DNA of 64,000 nucleotides, from UHGV virus genome UHGV-2025275, one strand, 5' to 3'. A program made the position numbers and the translations under genes. The DNA is from a virus. The notes under the pieces were generated by a model. It was not told the DNA's origin and did no database searches. It worked only from the letters and a program-made list of their open reading frames with translations. Positions 9,483-18,683 of this stretch are shown here, piece after piece (position 1 is the stretch's first letter; each line of letters opens with the position of its first letter).

Positions 9483-10422
9483 TTAATCAATTCCCGTTAT
9501 TTTAAAATGACGTCATCATAAGGCTGCTAATTATTAACAAGGAAATATGACGAAAGTTTGCATAATTTTGATGTACTATGAACAATTCAAGCATTAAAAG
9601 GGACTCTTGACGCTCGACTTCATAAAAGATAATCATCTAGGCAGCCTTGAGCAAGCTATAGAGTTGTTAAAAGTCATCCTATATATCTAAACCACTGTCT
9701 GGAGCAACTGTAACTTAGAGCGCGAACACTCAAGAATCCCCGCTGGTAGTGGCAACTTTTGACAATTCGCTCCCATCGCCGGTTGACTGGCCTGTCCTCA
9801 GTTGATTAACACATTTTGAGGTCAGCTATGTCCGCTTATGGCACATTGAAGACATTGCGATGGGCGATTTTTTTCTCTCGCGCGCGTGCGTGTAAATATT
9901 AAAAATGTTTAGAAAATAAAAACTTACTTCCCAGAACAGGTTTTAATAAAACCTGAACTGAACGAACGAAGTGAGTGAAGTTCACCTCGAACGAAGTGAG
10001 AGGTTGTCTTTTCAGGTAATACTCTCCCAGGGAGGTGAGTACAAAATCTCCTCACCAACCTGGTCGTTACATAACCTGAAAAGTTATGACCTAAGTCTAC
10101 TGCCAGCTTAGGCTTGGGAAGTTATGGATGACAGCACCCCAGAACCGAGATCTTCCCACACTTTATGAAGGGGAGTACTGGATTCAACCTCTCGAAACAC
10201 TCCAGACTCGACAATCATAAAGTGACCCTTCTCTCCGCTCACTTTGGTTCCCCCTTCCCCAACCCCTAAGCGGTGCCGGTTCTACGCTGGTAGTGAGCTT
10301 TTTTAAACCTGACGCCAGTGACGCTATCCCCCACCCATCAGGTCGAGCTGCCGGAATCAATCCGGAAAGCGAGTGGATTTTATCACTGGCGATCTGCGTT
10401 TTAAATGGTAAGTACTTACCGA

Positions 10423-10653
10423 TTATTTCGATTGATTATTTTCTCGACCATGAAGCTGGACGTTCAGGGCAAACACCTCATTGATGAGTTCCCCTAACAG
10501 CTGCTCCACCAGCTCTTTGTGCTCGCCTGAATGAAGACATTTGAGCGACCATTCGTAGAGACTGAAAGCCTTATCGCGATCTTTCATCATGTCGCGCACT
10601 TTGGCCAGAAAATCGCTCTCAACGAGCGCTACGACGTTCGTCGGGTATACCAT
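10423..10653 (-). CDS. hypothetical protein (76 aa)
   Basis: ATG with AAGGAA SD. Confidence 0.5.
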   Translation of the reverse strand: MVYPTNVVALVESDFLAKVRDMMKDRDKAFSLYEWSLKCLHSGEHKELVEQLLGELINEVFALNVQLHGRENNQSK

Positions 10654-10857
10654 GATAGTTTTCCTTACTGTGGTTCATAAAATCGATTCTAGAGCGTCTG
10701 AAGAGGGGTTCCAGTGGGTTCTGGAGGTGTAAAACGGTCTGGGAGTTGTTTGGAAATCACGTCTTAAAAAGCCTGCGTCTGTATATATTAATAATTAGTA
10801 CTTAGTTATTTATATATATACGGAAGCAGGTTCTCAAACTAACTCCCAGACTGGTGT

Positions 10858-11451
10858 TTACGCTGCCTTTTTACGTGGTCTCTTCTTCCTGACAACATTG
10901 GCAGGATCATAACCACCCAGCTTTTTCATCACCGCCAGCGGTATCTTGCTGATGGTGTGCCCAGCTTCCTGACAGTAGCCACGGAAGATAAGCAACATGC
11001 TACCACCAGGGTTGATGTTCACCTCCACCAGCCCAAGTTCAACATCCGGCTCAACGAACGCCACGCGGCCGCCAGACAAGATGACGGTTTCGTTGGCGCA
11101 TTCAGCCGCACGCTCGTACCACTGCGTATCGAGGGATTGTGGTATCAACATGACTGTCGTCACTCCACGCGCCTGCTCGCGAATGGCTGCGTCTATCCAG
11201 GGGGTGATTTTGGAGTAGGGCGGGTTAAGGAACGCCACAGTGCCAGGTTCTCCCCAGCTGCACTTGAGCGCATCACGCTCAACACCGATAAAGTTCGGCA
11301 GGAGGGCATTATCTTTGTTGCAGGCGACGTCCACATCGAACTTTACGCCTATGTAACGTTGGATGGCGACAAACAACCACTGCGGTGTGCGCCAAAGGTC
11401 GCGAAGAGAGGCATCACGCTCTCGCTTTTTGATTTTTTCGGCTGCGATCAT
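10858..11451 (-). CDS. dam: DNA N6-adenine methyltransferase, phage Dam family
   Basis: LWRTPQWLF … AFLNPPYS motif characteristic of phage/T1-type Dam; ORF-track GTG start reads through the palindrome, first ATG at 11451 preferred. Confidence 0.75.
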   Translation of the reverse strand: MIAAEKIKKRERDASLRDLWRTPQWLFVAIQRYIGVKFDVDVACNKDNALLPNFIGVERDALKCSWGEPGTVAFLNPPYSKITPWIDAAIREQARGVTTVMLIPQSLDTQWYERAAECANETVILSGGRVAFVEPDVELGLVEVNINPGGSMLLIFRGYCQEAGHTISKIPLAVMKKLGGYDPANVVRKKRPRKKAA

Positions 11452-11463
11452 TACTTTGCTTTG

Positions 11464-11483
11464 ATAGGTAAACACTTACCTAT
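11464..11483. promoter_or_regulatory. motif-1 palindrome ATAGGTAAACACTTACCTAT 13 nt upstream of dam start
   Basis: perfect palindrome arms TAGGTAA/TTACCTA. Confidence 0.5.
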
Positions 11484-11635
11484 TTTTTCATTTAATCCAA
11501 CGGATAGCAAACAAAGAAGAACGCGCCAGATCCGCAAACGGGAAGCTCTCTGGCGCGTTTATCGATGCTGGGTATGCGATTGGCTTACCCAGCGTCCTAA
11601 AGCTCTCAGGGGGCTTTAGATCGGGTAGGGGAACA

Positions 11636-12478
11636 TCATCCAATGGAATACTCCGCTATGAATTTTTTGACGATCGGCGACTCTTTATTAAGGGTTAGAT
11701 TTCCACCTTCCCTGGTGGCAATGCCAGTAGCTGGAAACACAGCCATCATCTGGCCAGCCTGAGTCGAAGCGGTGTTGAGCGGATATGGTTTTTCCGGGTT
11801 GCTCATTAGCGCCAGTTTAATGCTATTGCTGGTCGCCGTGTTCGCGTCAAGGATATGGCGCATTGCGATTACCGTGTAGACGCTGATTTCCGGCCCACCA
11901 CTAAACCAGTTCAAAAGGTTTAAGATCTTGTCTTTCGCTTTGACTGGCGCCCCTTCGAATGCGGCAGTAAAGCTCTCACTTTCCAGACCGGCTGTCGCAT
12001 AGAACGATTCGTCCTTACCTTCCAGCGTGAAGCGAGGTTTGGCCGGTGTACGCTCTGATTTTGCCTTCTGGCGTTTTGGCTGCTCTTCTTCAGGTTTAGG
12101 CTCTGACGCCACTGAAGGTAAAGGGGTTGGATCTGTACCGGTAGTCTCAGTACTTCGAGCGTCAAGTTCAGGCGCTGTCTCGTTCACTATCTCCGCAACA
12201 AGGTCACGCTCTGGTTCCTCGACCTTCACCGATTCGTGCTCAATCTCAAGCTCTTCCAGAACGCTACTCAGATCGCCGGTAGAGCTGGCATTCATGACTT
12301 CATCCGCCACCGCCTCGACTGGTTTTGCGATTGCATCATCCAGACCAGAGAGAAGATTGTCGATCTCGTCGACACCGCTCATTTTCGCAGCTTTCTGCAC
12401 TGGTTCGTCGAGAGATTGCAACATTGCAGTCAGTTCGTCCAGGTCATCGTTTTTAACAGTGTTTGTAACTGCGCTCAT
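11636..12478 (-). CDS. acidic hypothetical protein (280 aa from ATG with strong SD; ORF extends to 12562)
   Basis: CATAAGGAGTTAAAAATG; D/E-rich. Confidence 0.55.
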   Translation of the reverse strand: MSAVTNTVKNDDLDELTAMLQSLDEPVQKAAKMSGVDEIDNLLSGLDDAIAKPVEAVADEVMNASSTGDLSSVLEELEIEHESVKVEEPERDLVAEIVNETAPELDARSTETTGTDPTPLPSVASEPKPEEEQPKRQKAKSERTPAKPRFTLEGKDESFYATAGLESESFTAAFEGAPVKAKDKILNLLNWFSGGPEISVYTVIAMRHILDANTATSNSIKLALMSNPEKPYPLNTASTQAGQMMAVFPATGIATREGGNLTLNKESPIVKKFIAEYSIG

Positions 12479-12606
12479 TTTTAACTCCTTATGTTTTCGT
12501 TGGTGCGTTTCCGCGTTTTGGTTGAGCGTATTCTGGCAAAACCTATCAGGCGGAAAAGTCATAATTACAGGCAGTTAGAAGAACTGAAGGCAAAGAAAAA
12601 GCGCCA

Positions 12607-13164
12607 TCAGGCGCTTTCGAATGGGAGTTCGAAGAAGCCGTATTTCTCTCGGGCTTTGAAGAAACACTGCATCATCAGGTCAGTATCGTAGAGAGCGCTG
12701 TGGGCCTTCTCACGGTCGTAAGTGAACCCAAGTGAGAACGCCAGCTCTTCCAGGCGTGGGCGCTTCCCATCCTCGGTAGCCCACAAGCCATCCAGCATGG
12801 AGTCAACCAGAGGGATATCTGGCAATTTCACCCCATAGCTACCGAACTCGTGGCGAATGAACGGAAGGTCAAAAGCCTCTCCGTTATGGGCGACTAACGC
12901 GCTACATGCGCCCATGTACGCAGCAATCTTGCCTGCGTGGTCAGCCAGTAGCGGTTCCGTCGCCAGATCTTCCAGTGAAATGCCATGCACTGCCTGCGCC
13001 TTCGGATCGATACTGCGACGCGGGTTGAAGCGCATCTCAAGGCTGTCGATGTGCTTCTGGGTTTCCAGTTCATAACGGGTTATCGCGATTTCGATAATTT
13101 TGTGGCCGGATGTGAAGTCCAGCCCTGTGGACTCAATATCGACGCCACCGACAATCGTGGTCAT
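12607..13164 (-). CDS. DEDDh 3'-5' exonuclease, DnaQ/epsilon-like (putative proofreading subunit)
   Basis: VDIESTGLD (Exo I), HNGEAFDLPFI (Exo II), HSALYDTD (Exo III); AAGGAG SD. Confidence 0.8.
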   Translation of the reverse strand: MTTIVGGVDIESTGLDFTSGHKIIEIAITRYELETQKHIDSLEMRFNPRRSIDPKAQAVHGISLEDLATEPLLADHAGKIAAYMGACSALVAHNGEAFDLPFIRHEFGSYGVKLPDIPLVDSMLDGLWATEDGKRPRLEELAFSLGFTYDREKAHSALYDTDLMMQCFFKAREKYGFFELPFESA

Positions 13165-13173
13165 TGGTACTCC

Positions 13174-13593
13174 TTACAGCTTCTTCGCGCCTTTCAGCAG
13201 TGCGCCACGCACAAACTGAGCAGCCTTTTTCAGTGCGTCCTCGCCACTTTCGCAGACGACCGGCTCGCGCCATTCGCCCGTTGATGTGTTGAGGATCTGG
13301 ATTTGGTTGGTCTCCAGGCAGACGGACACGTACAAAACCGTACCGCCTGAGAGTTTGAGGTGCATAGGAAACAGAGGGCGCTTGGTGCCGCCATTGAACT
13401 GCGACATCGCCACATTGATGGCTTCGCCAACCTCTTCCCCAACAAGCCCTTGAACGGACTCAAACACTGCGCGGATAGCCAGACGTGCTTCACGTTCACT
13501 CATCAAAGAGCGGGATTGTTCGTCAGCAATGCGGATCAGTGCTTCAATCGCTTTACGATCTAATTCATCCGAGAGGGGAAGTTCATCTATCAT
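13174..13593 (-). CDS. hypothetical protein (139 aa)
   Basis: GAGGAAA SD. Confidence 0.55.
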   Translation of the reverse strand: MIDELPLSDELDRKAIEALIRIADEQSRSLMSEREARLAIRAVFESVQGLVGEEVGEAINVAMSQFNGGTKRPLFPMHLKLSGGTVLYVSVCLETNQIQILNTSTGEWREPVVCESGEDALKKAAQFVRGALLKGAKKL

Positions 13594-13656
13594 TCTGTTT
13601 TTCCTCGATTCATTTCGCGTGTCTTATTGTCACACTGCCCAACAGGGGAGCAATAT

Positions 13657-14301
13657 TCAGTGGAAGGTCACTCGTCCTGTTATACGGCGCTCGATGTTTT
13701 CAGCGGCTCTGTCCAGCACTCGCAATACCGATCTGGCTCGCGCTTCAACCGTGCGGCACTTTTCAGAGATAACGAACACCTGCAGATCGCCGGTTTGGGG
13801 AAGCGTGTTGATTTTCGTCAGCTCACCGCACATAAGTGCATCGATGCGAGCAACATAGAGACGGTCAAGCGATCCTCGCTGGGGACGCGCGAGATCTTTG
13901 CTGGAAAGCTCAACGCCCGGGCGAAGACCCGCGATAGCATTGAAGTTGGAAATGGCCGCTTTGTGGCAAAACTGCTCAATGTCGAGAGCCAGCTCGATGC
14001 AGCGGTCTTCGTTGGTCTGGCCGACCAGGTCAAGCGTATAAGCCATGACATCGGCTGGCGTGCGGTCGATAACAAAACCTTCAACGCCGCGGGTGATCAT
14101 CTCGATATGTCTGGCAATCTCCATCTGAACCTGAAGACGTTCGTAAAGGGGCAAACGCTCGCCAACCTTCACCCCCAGACTGCTCATCAGCTTGCCAACG
14201 CCGGCATCCACATACGGAATGCCATAATGCGCATCGATGTATTTTGCCAGGGTTGTTTTTCCACTGCCCTGTGCGCCAGTGATTCCAATCCGGTAATCCA
14301 T
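13657..14301 (-). CDS. P-loop nucleoside/nucleotide kinase (putative dNMP kinase)
   Basis: Walker A ITGAQGSGKTTLA at N-terminus. Confidence 0.65.
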   Translation of the reverse strand: MDYRIGITGAQGSGKTTLAKYIDAHYGIPYVDAGVGKLMSSLGVKVGERLPLYERLQVQMEIARHIEMITRGVEGFVIDRTPADVMAYTLDLVGQTNEDRCIELALDIEQFCHKAAISNFNAIAGLRPGVELSSKDLARPQRGSLDRLYVARIDALMCGELTKINTLPQTGDLQVFVISEKCRTVEARARSVLRVLDRAAENIERRITGRVTFH

Positions 14302-14777
14302 TACGACCTTCTGTATACGATCTGCAAAAAGCCAGGCTCATCCTCATTTGCACGTTGGGTATAAGCCGTTTCGACTGGTACGAACCCTAAAGAACGCATC
14401 ATTGGCGCCGGGAAGAACGCATCCGCGCCCGGCACATCCACGCCAATATGCGACAGCCAGATCTCTTCTACGTGTGGCATAAAGAGCGAGTAAATCTGCC
14501 CGCCACCAATCACCCAGACCGGATCTGGTAGTCTCAAAACGTCATCGATGCCAGCGGGGTAGAACCCATTGGGGATATAGCCACGAGAGCGCGTCAAAAC
14601 GAGGTTATGGCGCTCTGGCAGCGGGCGCTTGAGACTTTCCATCGTCTTACGTCCCATCACGACAGTGGCGTTTTTGGTGAGTTGTTTGAACAGTTTCAGA
14701 TCGGTCGGGCAACGCCAGGGAAGTTCGTTGCCAATGCCGATTTCATAGTTGCGGCCGACACCTGCAATCATCTTCAT
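14301..14777 (-). CDS. folA: dihydrofolate reductase
   Basis: MIAGVGRNYEIGIGNELPWRCPTDLKLFKQLT…VVMGRKT matches DHFR N-terminal fold; stop overlaps next start. Confidence 0.85.
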   Translation of the reverse strand: MKMIAGVGRNYEIGIGNELPWRCPTDLKLFKQLTKNATVVMGRKTMESLKRPLPERHNLVLTRSRGYIPNGFYPAGIDDVLRLPDPVWVIGGGQIYSLFMPHVEEIWLSHIGVDVPGADAFFPAPMMRSLGFVPVETAYTQRANEDEPGFLQIVYRRS

Positions 14778-15187
14778 TGGCTTACCTCATAGATGGTTGG
14801 TCGCTGGTGAGAATCTGCCAGCGCAGAACGCAGACGCGGATCATGAACCAGTGCGGCGATAAGTAAGTCGCCTTTGTGCTCTGCCAGCGTGCGCTTGATA
14901 TGGGTTTCAAAACTGACACCGCGCGGAACTAGGTGGAGCCAGTCATAATCAATGCCGAAGTCCTTCAGCCAGCGTTTGGTTGGGCCTTCGAGCGCTTCCG
15001 GACGACTACTGATAAGCACCACTTCAGCACCGGAGCGAGCAAAACCACGCAACATGCGGCTGGTGGGAAAGATGAGTTCATCACCGGCAATGAGAGCGCC
15101 TGCATCCGCATCAGGCACTGCTTTGCGATGGCTGGCTCTCGCCAGCACACCCTCAATTTCACACAACACATACATCCCTCTGGCCAT
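14774..15187 (-). CDS. HAD-like hydrolase (putative deoxyribonucleotidase/phosphatase)
   Basis: ATG 1 nt after thyA stop; upstream part of ORF-track entry overlaps thyA and is rejected. Confidence 0.5.
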   Translation of the reverse strand: MARGMYVLCEIEGVLARASHRKAVPDADAGALIAGDELIFPTSRMLRGFARSGAEVVLISSRPEALEGPTKRWLKDFGIDYDWLHLVPRGVSFETHIKRTLAEHKGDLLIAALVHDPRLRSALADSHQRPTIYEVSQ

Positions 15188-15188
15188 A

Positions 15189-16304
15189 TCACACCGCCAC
15201 TGGAACCTTGATCCACGGAAGAGGGCTGTAGCCGCACACCTGCACGCCTTCCCATTTGAAGTCGTCCAGTTCGGCCCATTCATGCGGGAAGATGACAACC
15301 GGGTCGGACTCTTTGGGCGGCTCGCGCTTCATCAGTTCCTCAACGCCTTCCATGTGGTTGTCGTAGAGATGAACGTCAAAGCCAAAATGCACGAATGCGC
15401 CAGCCATATGGCCGGTGATCTTCGCGAGGAAGTGGGTGAGAATGCCGTAACCGGCGATGTTGAACGGCATACCAACAAAGGTATCGACGCTGCGTTGAAC
15501 CAGGCATGAGTTCAGAATGCGTTTCGGGATGCCCAGCTCGTCCAGCATGTTCTCAGTAATGCCACCATCTCTTTCCAGAAGACACAGCATCTGGGTGTAA
15601 ATGGACTCGTGGCCGTGGCGGTTGTGCTGGATGCCAATGTCGGTGGCCATAGTCAGTCGGGTCTCAAAGTCCAGCTCGCGACTCCACAGTGAAAACACGA
15701 AATGGCATGGCGGCAGCTTCATATCTTCCAGTTCGCCAACATTCCAGGCATTCAGCAGGATGCGACGATCTGTCGGGTTGGTGCGAAGCGTGTGAACGAT
15801 ACGCTGTAGCTGGTCGATTTCACGGGACAACACAACGCGATCTTCACTTACGCCCAGATACCCCTCGACCTTGTACCCGCGCTCACGGAACGTGTCGATT
15901 TTGCTCAAATACTCGCTATGGCTCACGATGCGGGTATCTTCCCACCGACGCCATTGTTTGCCATAGACCGGGCCTAAATCGCCATTTTCATCAGCCCAGG
16001 CATCCCAGATTTTGACGCCATTGTCTTTCAGGAACTGGATGTTGCCCGTTCCTTTGAGATACCACTCCAGCTCAATCAGTAACGACTTCAGGTTGACGGC
16101 TTTTCCGGAGATAAGTGGAACAGAGCCGCCCGTCAGCATGTAGTAGGAAGGGACATATGAAACGCTTTTTGTGCCGGTTCCGGTGCGATCACCCGCGTGA
16201 ACGCCAGTGTTGAGCACCGTTTCAACCACTTTGGCATACGAACCACTGGCAAACTGACCGTTCGTAAAGTCTCGATTCAGTAGGGTAGACAAAATCAACC
16301 TCAC
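15189..16304 (-). CDS. thyA: thymidylate synthase family enzyme (ThyA fold) with large internal insertion
   Basis: GDRTGTGT, GDLGPVYGKQWR, LPPCH (catalytic Cys), PFNIAGY (Asn => dUMP-type); 371 aa vs ~264 typical. Confidence 0.8.
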   Translation of the reverse strand: MRLILSTLLNRDFTNGQFASGSYAKVVETVLNTGVHAGDRTGTGTKSVSYVPSYYMLTGGSVPLISGKAVNLKSLLIELEWYLKGTGNIQFLKDNGVKIWDAWADENGDLGPVYGKQWRRWEDTRIVSHSEYLSKIDTFRERGYKVEGYLGVSEDRVVLSREIDQLQRIVHTLRTNPTDRRILLNAWNVGELEDMKLPPCHFVFSLWSRELDFETRLTMATDIGIQHNRHGHESIYTQMLCLLERDGGITENMLDELGIPKRILNSCLVQRSVDTFVGMPFNIAGYGILTHFLAKITGHMAGAFVHFGFDVHLYDNHMEGVEELMKREPPKESDPVVIFPHEWAELDDFKWEGVQVCGYSPLPWIKVPVAV

Positions 16305-16481
16305 ACAAGATAAGTAAGTACATACATATTATTTTATACAAGTTTATCTGTCAGAAGTGTGTAAGGCTAGGAGGGGAGTAAAAAAAATGGTGGCTCTTAG
16401 GCCACCATTGCAATGAGCAATTAAGAACTTGGACAATAAAACACGCCCAGGCAATATATAATGATAAGTAGATACTTACAA

Positions 16482-17378
16482 TTATTTTTTTACCATCTCG
16501 TAAAGAGATGAGGCTTTCGCCTTCTCAACAAAGCGAGTCAGATCCACATCGCTGTAGGTTGGGGATTTGAGGATCTTGCCATCAGAAACTCTGAAGCCAA
16601 TCATCATGTCAGTCCCTTCAGCGTGGCGGAAGCCCAGATCTTCCTTGTCGTATTTGCAATTCTCTACCGCCACACGACGCTCTTCGGCGTCAGCCGGCCA
16701 CAGCTTGGTCATGTTGGAACGATGGATTTCTGCCACCAGCTCAACAATATCGATACCGAGAAAATCAGCCAGGCGGTAGGTCATCATGCAGGCAACGTAG
16801 ATTTTATTCATCACGCGGCGCAGCTCCTGCACCAATTCGGAATCGCTAATCGGCTTCGCTTCGAGTTTGTCAGCCAGCGCATTCAGCATTAATGCAGCTT
16901 CTTTTGCTTCTTCAAACGGGATGGCCATGTCGTCAAAGACCGTGTTGCCTGGAACCATGATGGTGTGGATGAAGCGATCAACACTCTGCTCTTGGGTGTA
17001 GTAGCTCATACCTGTAGAGATACCGCCTTTGATGGCCACCATTGTGCCGACGCCCACGTAAAGGAAGTCAGCCATCGCGTCCAGCAGTGCCGTGATATCC
17101 CCATTTTTGGCTGCCGGGATGCCCTCGGTAACTGCTTCTTCGTGGATCAGCTTGGCACGCAGACGCAGTAATGCCGGATCTGGAATGGCACGGCGTGGGT
17201 GCTGAAACAGTGTGTGGAACTGGTCAACCATCAAGTAGATGCTTTCCGTTGCCTTGCCAAAACCAGGATTCAACTCGTAAGGCTCAGGCTTAAATCCCAC
17301 GAGTTTGTCTGCGGCAAGTTTCAGATGATCGGTCAGTTTCGTAAATTTCATGTCTTCTTTCTTTCCTTTGGACTTCAT
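16482..17378 (-). CDS. putative MazG-like/all-alpha NTP pyrophosphohydrolase
   Basis: EE..…DxL-type acidic motifs (IHEEAVTEG, LLDAMADFLYV); ORF-track TTG start at 17417, ATGs at 17378/17351. Confidence 0.45.
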   Translation of the reverse strand: MKSKGKKEDMKFTKLTDHLKLAADKLVGFKPEPYELNPGFGKATESIYLMVDQFHTLFQHPRRAIPDPALLRLRAKLIHEEAVTEGIPAAKNGDITALLDAMADFLYVGVGTMVAIKGGISTGMSYYTQEQSVDRFIHTIMVPGNTVFDDMAIPFEEAKEAALMLNALADKLEAKPISDSELVQELRRVMNKIYVACMMTYRLADFLGIDIVELVAEIHRSNMTKLWPADAEERRVAVENCKYDKEDLGFRHAEGTDMMIGFRVSDGKILKSPTYSDVDLTRFVEKAKASSLYEMVKK

Positions 17379-17433
17379 TTGATGCGTCAATTGTGACCCA
17401 GCAGCGCCAGGCCACAAAGTGGTTAAACTCGGC

Positions 17434-18576
17434 TTAAAGGTCTGCGAACTGGCTCAGTCCGGAGCGATCGACAGCGGAATCAATCTGGCCGACGAGGTAG
17501 TTGCTTTGTTCAGCTTCCTGCGGAGCTATCTGCAGGGTGTCTGACAGCAGCCATTTGTTCATCCATACCAGTGGATCGTCTTTAATTTCCGGGAACAGCG
17601 GTCGCAGCCCCAGACGACGCATTGCCAGGTTGGTGCGGTATTTCACATAGCTTTTGAGGATGTCGGCATTCAAGCCAATCATTGAGCCGTCTTTAAACAG
17701 ATAGTCAGCCCAGCGCATTTCCTGTCCGGCCACGTCCATCATGGTCTGATAGATGAAGCTCTCTTCTTCTGCGGCAATCATCTTCCACATCAGACCTTCA
17801 CGACCGGTACGCATAAAGCGGATCATGCGTTCAGTACCTTCGCAATGCAGAGCCTCGTCGCGCGCGATAAAGCGCATGATCTTCGTGTTGCCCTCCAGCA
17901 GCTTCCGCTCACCAAAGGCGAACGTACACGCAAAGCTCACGTAGAAGCGAATCGCCTCCAGTGCATTCACCGACACCAGTGTTCGGAACAGCTGGCGCTG
18001 GAGAGGGTAGGGCTTGCCATCAAACTCGCTGACATACAGCCGTTCAAATTCGTCTTCGCCAAGATGCTGGCGAGCGCAGGTCATTTCGTACAGTCTGTCA
18101 TATTCGCTTGAGATGCTTACAGCCCGGCTGATGATCTCTTCGTCCGTGACGATGCCGTCGAAAACGATGCTCGGGTCATCCACCATACCGCGGATAATGT
18201 GCGTATAGCTGCGGCTGTGAATCGTCTCGGAGAACGACCAGGTCTCGACCCATGTCTCCAGCTCAGGAATGGAGATCAGCGGCAGCAGTGTTGCGTTAGG
18301 ACTGCGACCCTGAACGGAATCCAACAGCGTCTGGTAACGCAGGTTGCTCAGGAAAATATGGCGCTCGTGCTCTTGCAGCTTGGTATTGAAGTCGATGCGG
18401 TCAGTGGTAATGTCGACTTCTTCAGGGCGCCAGAAGAACGAAAGTTGTTTCTCAATCAGCTTTTCGAAGTCACGGTACTTTTGCTGATCGTAGCGTGCTA
18501 CGTTGACAGATTGGCCGAGGAACATAGGTTCCTTCGTTGCGTCGTTAGCGCCCAAACGGAAAGTAGAATAAGTCAT
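17434..18576 (-). CDS. nrdB: ribonucleotide reductase class Ia beta subunit
   Basis: di-iron ligand pattern [16 protein letters not shown]; adjacent to nrdA. Confidence 0.85.
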   Translation of the reverse strand: MTYSTFRLGANDATKEPMFLGQSVNVARYDQQKYRDFEKLIEKQLSFFWRPEEVDITTDRIDFNTKLQEHERHIFLSNLRYQTLLDSVQGRSPNATLLPLISIPELETWVETWSFSETIHSRSYTHIIRGMVDDPSIVFDGIVTDEEIISRAVSISSEYDRLYEMTCARQHLGEDEFERLYVSEFDGKPYPLQRQLFRTLVSVNALEAIRFYVSFACTFAFGERKLLEGNTKIMRFIARDEALHCEGTERMIRFMRTGREGLMWKMIAAEEESFIYQTMMDVAGQEMRWADYLFKDGSMIGLNADILKSYVKYRTNLAMRRLGLRPLFPEIKDDPLVWMNKWLLSDTLQIAPQEAEQSNYLVGQIDSAVDRSGLSQFADL

Positions 18577-18605
18577 GTGTTTCCCTCTGAATGTTATCGA
18601 GTTGC

Positions 18606-18641
18606 TTTAAACAAATTGTTATCTTATTGGTTTAAACAAGG
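18606..18641. promoter_or_regulatory. tandem motif-2 copies upstream of nrdB
   Basis: tttaaacaaattgttatcttattggtttaaacaagg. Confidence 0.5.
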
Positions 18642-18649
18642 TGCTCAAC

Positions 18650-18680
18650 TCAAGGAAAAGGTGGGGATTTCTCCCCACGC
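18650..18680 (-). terminator. intrinsic terminator after nrdA
   Basis: GTGGGGA-GAAA-TCCCCAC then CTTTTCCTT on minus strand. Confidence 0.65.
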
Positions 18681-18683
18681 TCA

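Noticed and set aside
11452-11475. GTG-initiated 5' extension of dam
   Set aside because: Would read through the conserved motif-1 palindrome; first ATG at 11451 gives a normal Dam N-terminus.
10957-11619. 220-aa plus-strand ORF
   Set aside because: Antisense to the Dam methyltransferase gene; Dam frame carries the NPPY motif.
13627-14364. 245-aa plus-strand ORF
   Set aside because: Antisense to the P-loop kinase and DHFR genes, which have clear motifs; no SD; shadow ORF.
15188-15298. 5' extension of the HAD-like ORF (MSSSRMNGPNW…)
   Set aside because: Overlaps the 3' end of thyA in another frame; downstream ATG at 15187 sits 1 nt after the thyA stop.
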